Source of the DNA: a virus
DNA: 64,000 nucleotides
Strand: one strand, 5' to 3'
Virus record (IMG/VR): IMGVR_UViG_3300043468_001414
Location: 32,664 to 96,663 of that record
Each line of letters opens with the position of its first letter. Position 1 is the first letter of the stretch. Both the position numbers and the translations under genes were made by a program. A model generated the notes under the pieces. The model saw only the letters and a program-made list of their open reading frames with translations. It did no database searches and was not told the origin of the DNA. Positions 47,511-58,392 of the stretch are shown here, piece by piece.

Positions 47511-48469
47511 GGTTCTTAGTTTGCTGCGTCTCTAACTCGCTCCCAGTTCGTGCCATACTCGGCGTCGAAGTGGCGATCTAGGTTGTCTGCGGTTGCGATG
47601 TGGGCCGAGTCGTTCCAGTCCACAGGTTCAGGCGAACCGTTTCCATCCTCATCGACAACGAAGTCATCGGGAGTCCATGCCTCCAGATAAACCATCGGAT
47701 ACTTGGCCCGAAGGGCTTGGAAGTCGGTGTGGAATGTGACGGCGGGGTTGTTTGTTTTAGTTTTCTTGCCTTTGGTGCGCTCTGCTCGGTTCATATTGTT
47801 ATCCTTCCACGATTCGGAAGTCCTCGGCTTGTTGCCAGTCGGGGTTGAAGACTGAGTTTTGCCAAAAGCGGCTGGCAAACTCGTCTTCGCATTCATCAAG
47901 TTCCTTGGCGACCTTGCGCTCGGCGTCGGCTTGGGACTCGGCTTCGATTTCGACCTCGGCATACGCTGGCACATTCACGGCGATCATGACTTTGTATTTG
48001 GGTTTCGCTGTTGGCGGCGCGGGAGGCTTTGCAAAGAGGGACATGGTATTTCGTATCCCGTCTTTAATGCGTTCTTTTCGTTTTTTCTCTTCGTCGGGTA
48101 TGGGTTTCATCGATTTTGTTTTCGATCTCACGCAAGTCGCTGACGCTTGCGTTCATTTTTTGTAAGATTTCATCTTCTTGCTCGTAGTCCATGTCTTTGG
48201 CTAAGACCAGAAAGGCTATTTCAAGCAGTTCTTGCTCGTAATCGGTAAGGCGCCTCACTTTAATGTTTTCCCTTTGCTTGGGTGGGCTGTCACTTCGCTG
48301 AGGATGAGGTTTCGGACTCTGACATCGACGCGCTCCAGAAACTCTTTGGAGACGCGATTGAACCCGTGGGCGCGATGTTGGGCTGCAAGGTGCAGAGCCA
48401 GTTCGCGGCAGGATTTAGCGTTGATGTATTTCATGAAAGTGTAACTTGTGCATAAGTCTTGGTGAGGGT

Positions 48470-48838
48470 TTATGCGGGGATCTTGGTAATAGTGAAGCCG
48501 TCGAATGTGCCACTTGACGCCACGCACCGCAAATCCCAGCCGAGTTCTTTAAGTCTTTGTGTGACTACGGGAACACCGGCGCCGCCGCTGAGGCGCGCAG
48601 GATTCTCTGGGTCTCCTGTAATGAAGCACAAGGCTGCGGCAAGAACGGTGGAGAGCTTGCAATATCCACAGCCGGAGGCGTGCGCTATCTTTTCACCTCC
48701 GGAGCGTATGGATGGGCAAAGCCCCCAAGTGGGCGACTTCTTCCATTCCACATTTATGGGGTAAGGCCCGCCTGAACTTCGGATTTCATTGCAGAAAGCA
48801 AGCGCTCGTTTTTCAAGGGTTGTTAATTTTGTTTTCAT
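48470..48838 (-). CDS. Hypothetical protein flanked by ~50-bp direct repeats
   Basis: EWKKS.TWG.CP...ASGCGYCK.ST. Confidence 0.6.
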   Translation of the reverse strand: MKTKLTTLEKRALAFCNEIRSSGGPYPINVEWKKSPTWGLCPSIRSGGEKIAHASGCGYCKLSTVLAAALCFITGDPENPARLSGGAGVPVVTQRLKELGWDLRCVASSGTFDGFTITKIPA

Positions 48839-48889
48839 AAAAGTGTAACTTGTGCATAAAGCTTGGTCAGGGTTTATGCGGGGATTTTT

Positions 48890-49360
48890 TCATAGGCATC
48901 GTGCCAATTCGGTTAGGTGGTTGATTGTGCTTCGTGAAAGCCCAAGATGGTGGAGCTTTTCGCCTTCTTCGATGCAGGTGTCGTAAATCTTGCGGGATTT
49001 TATTGAGTCATAGGAATATCCAAAATTGGATGCCCACTCGAGATACGGGGTCTCTGCGGCGTCGCAGTAGTCGCGGCATACATTGGCTAAAACCTCGGCA
49101 GGCTGCGGGCGTTTGGGGATCCTTTTCCCAGCGGAATTTGTGGTGCTAATCCCAGTGCCTTGCCTCCAATCAAAGGAGACGACGGAATTGCCTAGGCGAA
49201 ATTCTATATTGAAGCGGTAGTGCTCCCAGCGCTCATCTTTCGGATAAGTATCCGCGACCAGGTAGCCGCCGCGAATGGAAGCCGTGATGCCGAGATTTAT
49301 GAGTTCCTCGGAAAGGATTTTGGCGGCTTCTTTGTAGTCGAGTTGTTGGGTGTCTATCAT
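48890..49360 (-). CDS. Hypothetical protein
   Basis: W...FGY..DS.K..KIY..C phage family motif. Confidence 0.6.
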   Translation of the reverse strand: MIDTQQLDYKEAAKILSEELINLGITASIRGGYLVADTYPKDERWEHYRFNIEFRLGNSVVSFDWRQGTGISTTNSAGKRIPKRPQPAEVLANVCRDYCDAAETPYLEWASNFGYSYDSIKSRKIYDTCIEEGEKLHHLGLSRSTINHLTELARCL

Positions 49361-49689
49361 AATTTGTTTTTAGAAACGCGAAGTTTTTCGTTTTGGAGCG
49401 CACATTCTTTTCTGGCCATATACCACTCACTGACTTCGACGGCCCAGCGGGCTAGTATCATTTGGTTTTTGTTTTTGTATCAGCTTCTATGCAGTCTGTA
49501 AGTCTCTGGATAGTTTCGAGTTCGTAGGTTTGAAGCTTGAGCGCAAGGAAAGTGTCAAAAACATACCCCATTGCGACCTTGAGTTTATCGTCTCCTGCTA
49601 CCTCTGCTCGGGTTATAACCGCTTCCAGGTAGTTGTTGAGTATTGTGGTGTCTTTCATTTGTTTGCGTAATCTGTCCAGACAGATTACT

Positions 49690-50037
49690 TCAGATTGTGA
49701 TGTTTTTGGCTGCCGTTGGCGTGAAGTAGACATCGATCTCGATGCCGATGCCTAGCGGGCCTTTGATTTCGGAAAGTTCTCGCAGGGAAAAGCTGCCCCA
49801 TTCGTTTTCAAACCCTTCGACCCAGCCAAAACAGATGTCCTCGCCGTCCCAATCTTGCACATACCAAGTCCAAGATCCGCAGGGATCAAAGAGTTTGACG
49901 CGCAAGAGGTCGGAATCCAAGTTGCTTGTGGGAACCTCCATGAGGCGGCAGGCTTGCTGCATGAGGGCGAGCTTTTCTGGCCCGTGGGTGATTCCCGATT
50001 GGTTGATCTCCTCGTAAAGACGGACGGTGTTGTTCAT
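49690..50037 (-). CDS. DUF2958 family protein
   Basis: VKLF.P.G.WTWY....D....FG.V.GFE.E.G.FSL.EL.....GIE.D.YF. Confidence 0.8.
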   Translation of the reverse strand: MNNTVRLYEEINQSGITHGPEKLALMQQACRLMEVPTSNLDSDLLRVKLFDPCGSWTWYVQDWDGEDICFGWVEGFENEWGSFSLRELSEIKGPLGIGIEIDVYFTPTAAKNITI

Positions 50038-50043
50038 AATTTG

Positions 50044-50078
50044 AAAAGAAAAAGGCCGTCGGCATGACCGACGGCCTT
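50044..50078 (-). terminator. Intrinsic terminator-like hairpin
   Basis: AAGGCCGTCGG-CATGA-CCGACGGCCTT with an A tract on its left. Confidence 0.7.
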
Positions 50079-50092
50079 GTTTGTTTGTCCCA

Positions 50093-50701
50093 TTAAATAG
50101 CTTGCAGGGTGGAAATGAGTTTTTTGTGCGTGGCTGGCAGGATTTTGGTGATGTCTGGGGCTTTGGGGATTTTGAAATGGATTAGGAGGGTTTGCAGGTC
50201 GTGAATGGCGTGAATTCTTGGGTCTTCTGGAACCTCGAAATTCGCAAAAGCGTGGAGGCGTCGCAGATCGTCGTGAATTGTCACCAGCATTTCCACGCCG
50301 CTCACCAAGACCTCCTCGGTGTCGCCGCTCATCGTGTTGCGCTCGATGATTCGGCGGGTCGGGACATCGTGGCAGTTGTGTCGATAGGCATTTTCGGTGG
50401 AAAAAGCGCCAGGGAGGTCTACTTGGCATTCCAAATGGCTGAATTCATCAAGCCAGCCCAGACGGTGCTCGGGAGAAAGCGGTAAAAAAGGTGCCGTGCG
50501 CCGTGAGCGATGGCGTAGCGCGCCTTTGGCGGCTATGCGGAGGTCTGCGGAGACTTTGGCGGTAGGGTCGTTGATTAAGAGTTGCAGGAGGCGTCGTGTT
50601 TCGGACATGACGATGGCTTCGGCGGGTGTTTTCCCGCTCAAAAGGGATTGTGGCTTGGATGCGATCAACCCTTTCTTGGTAAGCCAAAAAGAAGCACTCA
50701 T
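50093..50701 (-). CDS. Hypothetical protein
   Basis: 202-aa ORF. Confidence 0.55.
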   Translation of the reverse strand: MSASFWLTKKGLIASKPQSLLSGKTPAEAIVMSETRRLLQLLINDPTAKVSADLRIAAKGALRHRSRRTAPFLPLSPEHRLGWLDEFSHLECQVDLPGAFSTENAYRHNCHDVPTRRIIERNTMSGDTEEVLVSGVEMLVTIHDDLRRLHAFANFEVPEDPRIHAIHDLQTLLIHFKIPKAPDITKILPATHKKLISTLQAI

Positions 50702-51168
50702 TTTTCAATCATCATCCCCGTAAGTTTCTTCGTAATCGTCGTAGCAGCACTCGCAGAGTGTGCCGTTGTGGGTTTTATACATGCGGATTGTGTCGGCCTT
50801 CATTTCTTCGGGGGTAGCGGTGTGGCCGCACTCCACGCATTCAAGGTTGGTGTCTTTGGATATGAGTATTGTTGCCATGATGTTTAGAAAAGAAACGCTG
50901 ATGAAGAGTCTTCTCTGGACTCTATGGCGCTGGCGATGGTTTCCAACGCTGTTGCGAAATCTCTGATGGTGGTTGGGCTCGCGGCTCCTTCCATTGTGAT
51001 AACAGGTGCCCAGGTGGCGGAGCCATTATGCCACTTTAGAGAATTAAGATACGCGCCCTTCTCGGTCATGTTTACTGAGCATTCAAAAATGGCTGTGGCT
51101 GCAGAAGAGACGGGGGAGTTATAGCCGGGAGCTTTGAGCGTGAATTGCCATGTGATATTATCCATTTT

Positions 51169-51645
51169 TTACATTGTTTCTAAAAGGCTTGTGACTTCAG
51201 AGGCGAAGCCGTATTCTCCGACCTCGATATTTGAAAGAATGATCGCTTTGGCGGCTTCCAGCGGGTCTGGTTGTCGGTTGGCGTATTCAATCGCTTCGTC
51301 GGGAGATTCAAATTGGCGTTCGGGATCGAAGGTTGTGATGTCGTAAGATTTAAGGATTTCAATTTCGGTGAAGTCGGTATCTTTTTCTGCATCAGAATCA
51401 AGCAAGAGCAATGTGTTCTGTGTTGCTTTCACTGACTTATTATCTCCCTCGGTGAATTTTAGGGAATATCCAAGACCTTCTGTTTCCCAGCTTAGATACA
51501 GAAATTCATTATCGTCGTCGTCTTCGTAAGAGCTTACGCTTGGACGCATCAAGGCGTCGTCATTAACAATGACTGCATCGGCGTTTAACAAGATGGAAAA
51601 GGCTTCGGAAAGTGGAATGGTGGTGTATTTTTCTTTTGTTTTCAT
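51169..51645 (-). CDS. Acidic hypothetical protein
   Basis: 158-aa ORF. Confidence 0.55.
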   Translation of the reverse strand: MKTKEKYTTIPLSEAFSILLNADAVIVNDDALMRPSVSSYEDDDDNEFLYLSWETEGLGYSLKFTEGDNKSVKATQNTLLLLDSDAEKDTDFTEIEILKSYDITTFDPERQFESPDEAIEYANRQPDPLEAAKAIILSNIEVGEYGFASEVTSLLETM

Positions 51646-52048
51646 GTTAATTCGGTTATTGGGCGCGCGGCGTTATCTGGGGCATCAAGTCGAATGCTGT
51701 AATGCGCTCGATATTTATTAAAATTTCGGGTGATGAGCCTTAAGGTTTTTATGACTTCCTTGCGGGCTTCCGAAGCTGTTGGGGCTTTTATGCCCATGCG
51801 GTGCTCGGTTTTAAGAATGGTGTCTCTAATGATAAAAACAAAGGTCTTCATAATTAGTCAGAATCGAATGCGTAGCAGGAAGCGATGGAGTCTGCGTCCT
51901 CGCTGCCGTTTTTGTAAATATCTACGGCGACGCCTTCATCTGTGCTGTGAAGGCGGACGGCGAAGCCCTTGACTTCAAACCAGCCAGCGCCTTCGGCAAG
52001 GATGTAATCGGCGTCTGTAATTTTTATCGAAGTCTTATGCATAATACT

Positions 52049-52537
52049 TCATCCACCGCGAGTTCCTTTGTAGTCTGAAACGCTGTCGGAAATAATTTCG
52101 CCGGATTTGCAAATAAAAATCCCTTTGAACCCCATCCCCGCTTCGTAGTATTTAATCTTTATTTTGCAGTCGGGGAATTTTTCAGAAAGTATTAAGAACA
52201 CATTGAGTGGCGGCGACCATGCGGTGTCGAAGCTGGCTTTTAGTTCTGTGGGTTTGATTTGCTCTGCAATCTGAATATCTTTCCCGACATTCCACTTTGT
52301 TCCCCAATTTTTAACGCACCATTCGTATCCTCCAGAATTATATCCGTCTTTAATTGAAAAATCCTTGGGATTTTTGTTGCGGGCTTCTTCTGCGATTTGA
52401 TCTAGCCGCACGAATTCTTCGGGGTATGGAAGGATGAGGTTGAAATCCAGCATTCCGCGATCCATGCCCGTAAAGGTCTTTAGCTCCTCAACGGACTTCC
52501 CTCGGATCGTTAATTCATTGTCGCACCAGTTTGGCAT
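52049..52537 (-). CDS. DUF1281/YubB ferredoxin-like protein
   Basis: MPNWC.N.L, W...NWGTKWN, FDTAWSPP, Y.E.G..F.G. Confidence 0.85.
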   Translation of the reverse strand: MPNWCDNELTIRGKSVEELKTFTGMDRGMLDFNLILPYPEEFVRLDQIAEEARNKNPKDFSIKDGYNSGGYEWCVKNWGTKWNVGKDIQIAEQIKPTELKASFDTAWSPPLNVFLILSEKFPDCKIKIKYYEAGMGFKGIFICKSGEIISDSVSDYKGTRGG

Positions 52538-52953
52538 AATCAGTCAAATACGGGGAAGCAGGGGTTTTTCGGGTCGTTGGTGAATAAGGCTCCTGCGTCA
52601 TTGCCTTCGTCGTCCATGCTCGGGTAGATGAGGTTCCCGTCGTCGAGTTGCAATACGATGGCCCGCCGACTCCAGCCCATGTCGTCGGCTTCGTCTCGTT
52701 CCATCCAGCGGACTCCTGTGATTTTCCTACCTACGAGGCAGGCTTTGGCTTTTTTCTCCCAGTCTGTTTTCATAAATTACAAAATTCGATGGCTTGCTCT
52801 AAAGAGCGGAAAGAAGTGAGGGGTATATAGTTTCCTTTGGCCCCGTCCCATTTCTCCACGCACACCCAGCCGAATCCGGTGGTGCTTTCAGCGATCCGGT
52901 ATTTGGAGGATAGGATGGGCTTGCCGACAAAATAAGGAAACCGAATGTGATCT

Positions 52954-53379
52954 TCATTCATAGAAATCAATGTGTTGAGGGTGTGATTCGGGGACGATCC
53001 TGTATCCGCTATCCTTGAAATCCGCTTGCAGTTCTTCGATGGTTGCGCGGGCGTCTTCTATGGTTGCGAAAATTTCTGTTTCGTAATTCGAATGATCGTC
53101 GCATCCCTTGAGATCGCCCCATTCGCATCCCTTGAGGTCGCCCCATTCTCCGAAGGGGCCAGCCATTTGGATTTTGAATTTCCCTGTCGGTTGTTTTTTT
53201 GGTGATCCGCAGACCAAGCAGGAATTGTCGGAGCAGTCGGGGGTGGTGTCTTCGCAGGCTTCGCAATAAGCCCAAGAGTTGATCCCTTCGGCGTCGGCGA
53301 ATCCGTAGACGGCGTATTGCCCAGCCTTTTCGTAAATTTCCGTGGCTTCGGCGTATTGTTGAGGGCTGGCTTTGCTCAT
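52954..53379 (-). CDS. Hypothetical zinc-ribbon protein with internal 24-nt duplication
   Basis: CxxC..C..CxxC; EWGDLKGC twice (53101-53148). Confidence 0.55.
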   Translation of the reverse strand: MSKASPQQYAEATEIYEKAGQYAVYGFADAEGINSWAYCEACEDTTPDCSDNSCLVCGSPKKQPTGKFKIQMAGPFGEWGDLKGCEWGDLKGCDDHSNYETEIFATIEDARATIEELQADFKDSGYRIVPESHPQHIDFYE

Positions 53380-53733
53380 ATTTTATCTAGCATGGGTTCT
53401 ATGAAATCAAAGGCTTGTTCGAGTTCTTCAATCGAGCGGGTGTGGGCTTTCCAGTCATGAACATGGATGTCGAGTGCTTCGTAGGCTTGTAGCGCGCCAA
53501 TGAGGTCGGCGTGAGCACATTTGATTGCTAGGATTTGTTCTTCGGTTAGTATATTGTTTTTTTCCATTTAAGTTTCTTGGTCATGATTTCTAGGTATTTC
53601 GGGAGTTTGGTTTCCGAGATCTGATCTGGGTCGTGTTTTTCCCAGGGCATCCCAAGGTATTTTTTATAAAAAGAGCCATCAGGGTCGATTCGACGGAAAA
53701 ATTTTCCATCAGGGGATTGCAAAACAATGCTTT

Positions 53734-54789
53734 TCATGCGGCGATGGCTTCTGTGATGGCTCCGATGATCATGGGTTCGATCCAGAGGTCTTTGCGGAGG
53801 GAGAGTTTGGGGCCGTGGGCTTGGTGACGCCAATGGCCGCGCCGCCAATGCACATGAGGCGAGGCGTGGGTGCCGCCAGCGGATTCGCTGCGGGCGCTGC
53901 GGTAGGTCCTCCCGATCCAGTTTGGTGCGGCAAGCTTGCGGGCGGCCTTTCCAGTTGTAGGCGGCGGCCCGGCTTTGGTGGGCGTTTCCACCAAGGCGGG
54001 TCGGGCGGTCATGAGCATCACGAGGGTGATTGCCAGCCGCACCATTTTTCTGGAAAACCCAGTGTCTTCAGAGTTGAGTTCGGCCACCTTCCCTCCGACG
54101 GGGTGGAATTCGCCAGTGGGTCGAGTTTCGTGCGCAGATAATGTTTCGTCGTGTTTAAGGTGGGCGGTGTAGGATACATCGTCTTCGAGCGAGGAAGTTC
54201 CGATCGCGAGGGCGCTGTGTCCGTTGTGGGTTTCCGCTTTGCAGATAGTCACCCAAGACGCGTCCGCGCCTGTCGGGGTGAGGAGGGTTTTTTCGGGGAG
54301 CAAGAACAAAATGGCGTCGAGCGGCATACTCAGATCGCTCGGGCGGAGGGATTCTGGCGGCTCGGTGGCAAGAGCGGATTGAGCGAGATCCCGCCCGACC
54401 CAGTAGATAGGCATCCAGTGCTCGCGAAGGGCTTGCCCCATGGTGGCCATGTTGTTCAGCACGGGGTCGATGTCGCTGTGCGCGGAGCCAAAATACGCAT
54501 GGCAAGACTCGGCGGCGACTTGTGTAGCGGTGAGTGCTGCGGCGGGAATTTTTGGGGAAGTGTAGCCTCCTGCGGCGGCATATTTGCGTGGGTAGTATTG
54601 AGAGAAGACTTTCGGCAAGGCTTGCTCGACCATCTCCACTTTTTCGCGCATGGAAGTCTTTTTGTAAGACTCGGCATCTTTCGGGAACATTTCGTTGAAA
54701 TGCGCGGCGGCGTGCTCGAAATCTCCTGGGGCCGTGGCGTGGGCTTTTGCGGCGGCCAGTAAGGATTGCAGTAAATTACTGCTTTTCAT
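53734..54789 (-). CDS. Conserved phage protein with C-terminal HWRRGHWR motif
   Basis: GTHASP..HWRRGHWR.Q..G.......WI.P. Confidence 0.7.
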   Translation of the reverse strand: MKSSNLLQSLLAAAKAHATAPGDFEHAAAHFNEMFPKDAESYKKTSMREKVEMVEQALPKVFSQYYPRKYAAAGGYTSPKIPAAALTATQVAAESCHAYFGSAHSDIDPVLNNMATMGQALREHWMPIYWVGRDLAQSALATEPPESLRPSDLSMPLDAILFLLPEKTLLTPTGADASWVTICKAETHNGHSALAIGTSSLEDDVSYTAHLKHDETLSAHETRPTGEFHPVGGKVAELNSEDTGFSRKMVRLAITLVMLMTARPALVETPTKAGPPPTTGKAARKLAAPNWIGRTYRSARSESAGGTHASPHVHWRRGHWRHQAHGPKLSLRKDLWIEPMIIGAITEAIAA

Positions 54790-54974
54790 TTGGATTTTTG
54801 CGTTTGCTGGGCTTGCGTTTGCGCACGGGCTTGGGCGCGGGGAGTTCGATGACTTGGTGGCGTGGTGGGAGGGAGGATTTGAAGGGCTCGGTAGCCAAGA
54901 TCACCTCCACCGCCAAGTTGGCGGCGGCTGCTGCCGCCATGCGCAGCAACCGCTCTTGATCGTCTCTGGAAATT

Positions 54975-56027
54975 TCAAACAGCATAACCGCAATCTTCTA
55001 AGTAGTCTTGGTATGTGGCACCGACTTTATCTAGTTGTTCTTGAAGTGATTCTACCACTTCTTGTTCTTCTTTTGTAAGAAGGTGAGGGTCGGCGACAAA
55101 CATGCCATATAGCATCGCTTGAGTGAGTCCTTCTTTTTTCATAACTTCTTCTACAATGATGTCCGCTTGGTCTAAATTGGCGGCAGGGTAGCCATTGTAG
55201 TGATGGTAGGAGGCTCGGGAGTGATATTCGTCGGCGTCGTAGTAATTGTAGGTGATTGGATTTTGACTTGGCCAAGTAAGCAGGGCGTCTGATTTTGCAA
55301 CTGGAGCGGGCGGAGCGCTTTTGATCAAATTCTCGGCCCAAGCGGGTGGGAACTCTGGTTTTTCTACGGGAGTGCAGAGGATGTGCTTCACGATTTCCTC
55401 ACGCAGGTTCTCGGAAAGCGCGATTGGCATCTCGGGGCAGTCAAACCAGTCGGAAAACACGGCAGGATAGTAGGCGTGTGAGGCTTTGGTGGCGAGTGCG
55501 CCATCGGGGGTGAGTGTGCCAGGGATGGTGAGGCTGACTCGTCCGTGAATGGAGTGGCGCGGACTGCCGATGTTGCCGAGCGTGATGTGGATGCCCATTT
55601 CTGTTTCGTCGGAGGAATCGGTGCCAGACTGAAAGGCGCCCACGGAGCAATGGTGATGGACGGTGCCAAACTTGATCCAGTTGCCGCCCGCCATCTGCTC
55701 GTTGAGCTGGCGCTCGTAATCTGCGTGGTCGGAGAGTTCTTTGGCCGTCATGCCAGTGCCATATTTTTGTGGGAATGCCCACGCTTTAAACTCGCCGGTA
55801 TCGGCGTTGAGCAGGAGGCGCACTTGCGTCTCGGACTTGGTTTCCTCTTGGCTCCATTGGAAGAAGCCGACGATTTCTCGCCAGACTGCTTGCGGGATTT
55901 TTGAACCAGACCACCGCATGGCAGGCGCGCCGTCGATGATCGTGACAGATGATGGCACATGGCCGATAAAGCCATTGCCGAGGTTGCGAAGCTCGTAGAA
56001 CTTCTTGTCGTGTTGGAGTATAGTCAT
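54975..56027 (-). CDS. JAB/MPN-family metallo-isopeptidase
   Basis: SE..V (Glu), GTVHHH..AFQSGTD..DE, G.HITLG. Confidence 0.8.
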   Translation of the reverse strand: MTILQHDKKFYELRNLGNGFIGHVPSSVTIIDGAPAMRWSGSKIPQAVWREIVGFFQWSQEETKSETQVRLLLNADTGEFKAWAFPQKYGTGMTAKELSDHADYERQLNEQMAGGNWIKFGTVHHHCSVGAFQSGTDSSDETEMGIHITLGNIGSPRHSIHGRVSLTIPGTLTPDGALATKASHAYYPAVFSDWFDCPEMPIALSENLREEIVKHILCTPVEKPEFPPAWAENLIKSAPPAPVAKSDALLTWPSQNPITYNYYDADEYHSRASYHHYNGYPAANLDQADIIVEEVMKKEGLTQAMLYGMFVADPHLLTKEEQEVVESLQEQLDKVGATYQDYLEDCGYAV

Positions 56028-56281
56028 ATTATGGGACTTGTGTTTCTTGTTCTAGGGGAAGATCGTGTGCGGCGGTAACGGGGTGGTTGAGGTGGCGGGG
56101 AGTAGTGATGGGTGGGTGGTGTTGGTGGGGGCGTGTAGCTTTCGGAGCCGCCGTCGTCTGGGCCATCTTTCGCTTGCCAGCAAGCAAGCAGCCAGATCAC
56201 CCCGATCACTAACAGAATCGGAGCGGCCCCGATAAAGAAGGAGGCGGCAAAGAAAATTAAAAAGACAAAAGCATTTTTCAT
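56024..56281 (-). CDS. Small membrane protein with Pro-rich tail
   Basis: Hydrophobic N-terminus. Confidence 0.5.
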   Translation of the reverse strand: MKNAFVFLIFFAASFFIGAAPILLVIGVIWLLACWQAKDGPDDGGSESYTPPPTPPTHHYSPPPQPPRYRRTRSSPRTRNTSPII

Positions 56282-56300
56282 TGAGTCTTATGCGTAAGAC

Positions 56301-56849
56301 TTAATCTTCGTCTCGCTCTGCGATCTTCTCTTCGGCTTCTTGGATGAGGTCGCTAAAATCTCGTATCCAGATATCGTCCGAGTCGCCGTCTCCTGCGTAA
56401 TCTGAGTCATAAACATCTTGATCGCAATTATTGAGCCATTCTTCGGCGTATTCTATTACGGCGCATTCCCCTTCCTCCCAAATGCTGAGCGGCACTTTAA
56501 TCTGTTCGCTTTTCCTCCAGAACTCTTTCCGGAGATCCCACCCTTCTTGGTTGGCCTCGATTGCCAAGTATTCGCCGCGTTCGATTTCTTGGGTTTCGCG
56601 TAAGTGTTGCTCGGCGTATGGATCGACATACGGAGCGGGCGTTCTTTTTGGTGGCGTCAAAGTCGCCAGCCATGCTTCGATCTGCTCAAAGGTGGTGCAG
56701 GCGTCAGGAACAGGGCGGTTGAATTTGATGCGCAGCAAAGCTCGGGTGTAGGGGGACATCGGTGCGAGCTGCACGAGGTTCTTGAGGTCTTGGTTGGGCC
56801 AAGTGTAGGGTGGCGCTTCGGGGCGCGGGGCTTCGATTGTTGTGCTCAT
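56301..56849 (-). CDS. Acidic protein, paralog A
   Basis: N-terminal ~58 aa identical to 56877..57440. Confidence 0.7.
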   Translation of the reverse strand: MSTTIEAPRPEAPPYTWPNQDLKNLVQLAPMSPYTRALLRIKFNRPVPDACTTFEQIEAWLATLTPPKRTPAPYVDPYAEQHLRETQEIERGEYLAIEANQEGWDLRKEFWRKSEQIKVPLSIWEEGECAVIEYAEEWLNNCDQDVYDSDYAGDGDSDDIWIRDFSDLIQEAEEKIAERDED

Positions 56850-56876
56850 TTTTTTTAAGAGTCTTATGCGTAAGAC

Positions 56877-57440
56877 TTAATCTTCGTCTTCAACTCCGTC
56901 GCGCGCGCGGATGGCGGCTTCGGCTTCTTCCATAAGGTCATCCAAATCATCTTCTATCGTAAAATCATCGGTGTCGGAGTCGCCGTAATTTATGTTATAT
57001 TCGTCATAATCGGAATCGAACCCGTCCAGCTCCGATTCGACATACTCTTCCACGGCCCGGAGGCCGCGTTCCCATACGGAAAGGGGCACATCTATGGTTC
57101 CCGATTTGCTAAACGGAACATATCGGGTTTCCGATCCACTCATTGTGGCTTCCACGGCGATATATTCGTCGCGCGCTATTTCCGCTTCTCGCCGACGCCA
57201 CGGAGGGTCTTCGTCTTGGGAAGTCGGCTTGGGCTGAATGGCTTTGGGGAATGTAGCGAGCCACGCTTCGATCTGCTCAAAGGTCGTGCAGGCATCAGGG
57301 ACAGGGCGGTTGAATTTGATGCGCAGCAAAGCTCGGGTGTAGGGGGACATCGGTGCGAGCTGCACGAGGTTCTTGAGGTCTTGGTTGGGCCAAGTGTAGG
57401 GTGGCGCTTCGGGGCGCGGGGCTTCGATTGGATTGCTCAT
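56877..57440 (-). CDS. Acidic protein, paralog B
   Basis: IEAPRPEAPPYTWPNQDLKNLVQLAPMSPYTRALLRIKFNRPVPDACTTFEQIEAWLAT shared with paralog A. Confidence 0.7.
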   Translation of the reverse strand: MSNPIEAPRPEAPPYTWPNQDLKNLVQLAPMSPYTRALLRIKFNRPVPDACTTFEQIEAWLATFPKAIQPKPTSQDEDPPWRRREAEIARDEYIAVEATMSGSETRYVPFSKSGTIDVPLSVWERGLRAVEEYVESELDGFDSDYDEYNINYGDSDTDDFTIEDDLDDLMEEAEAAIRARDGVEDED

Positions 57441-57459
57441 AAAGTCTTATGCGTAAGAC

Positions 57460-58158
57460 TCACGCTGCGAAGCGGAGAGTCTCGGTGGAGGTGGCGGTGT
57501 TGGAAAAGGAGATCGGCCAGAAATCGCGGGTCATCTTGGCGTCGAGCTTGGGCCGCTCATTGAATACGAAATTCCAGAGCAGCAGCAGGTGGCTTGCCGC
57601 CATGAAATTGGCGATCGGAGTTTGTGGCACATCGCGAAGTCGGGACTCCGAGGCGCACCCCTCGGCATGGATGGGCGATCCGCTCTCATCGGTCAAGATT
57701 TCCGGCCAGCGCACGCGCGGGTCGCGGGGTGAGTCTTTGTCTCGATCGGCGTCATACCACCATGCCTCTGCGCCAATCGTGGAGTTGGCGGCAGAAAGAA
57801 CATGAACGCCTGCCGCGCGGTCGGCGGCATCCAGTGCATGGCGGCGAGCCAGGTGGTTGTCGGCCATGATAATAATGGTATCGCACTCATCCACGCGGAA
57901 GGCGGCGTCGATATAGCGCGGGCTGACTTCCAAGGTGGAATACCAGTCGAATTGCAAGGCGAGGGCTTCGGCTTTGTTGGCGCGAATGGCGGATTGCGCG
58001 AAGTTCTGCCGCTGCAAGTTGCGCTCCTCCAAGGCGTCGCCGTCGTGCAGGATCACGGCGCGTCGGCGCTTGTGATTGGCGTCGTAGCGCAAGGTTTTAA
58101 GAAACGGCGGCAGAAAATAGCTGGCCACACCGCCGCAGCCAATAATGTGTGTCTTCAT
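57460..58158 (-). CDS. ThiF/E1-like ubiquitin-activating enzyme
   Basis: IIGCGG, DGD...RNL.RQ.F, NKA, ADN..AR, candidate catalytic Cys in EGC...PQ...AN. Confidence 0.85.
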   Translation of the reverse strand: MKTHIIGCGGVASYFLPPFLKTLRYDANHKRRRAVILHDGDALEERNLQRQNFAQSAIRANKAEALALQFDWYSTLEVSPRYIDAAFRVDECDTIIIMADNHLARRHALDAADRAAGVHVLSAANSTIGAEAWWYDADRDKDSPRDPRVRWPEILTDESGSPIHAEGCASESRLRDVPQTPIANFMAASHLLLLWNFVFNERPKLDAKMTRDFWPISFSNTATSTETLRFAA

Positions 58159-58392
58159 AAATTCATAAACTGGAAAGAGTTGATAACATGGCATTCACGG
58201 CATTCTCATTTTCATCGTTAGGCGTTGGTCGCGGAGTGCGCTGCCATGCTTTTTTGAGTTCAATGACATCGGCTGGGCTGAAATCGGAGACGATTTCGTG
58301 GATGAACTCCTCGGCTTGTTCGCGCTCATCCCACGGGCTGGAATGCGGGACAGCGGCCCAGTAAGCGTCTTCTAGGCGGTTAAATAAGTTGC

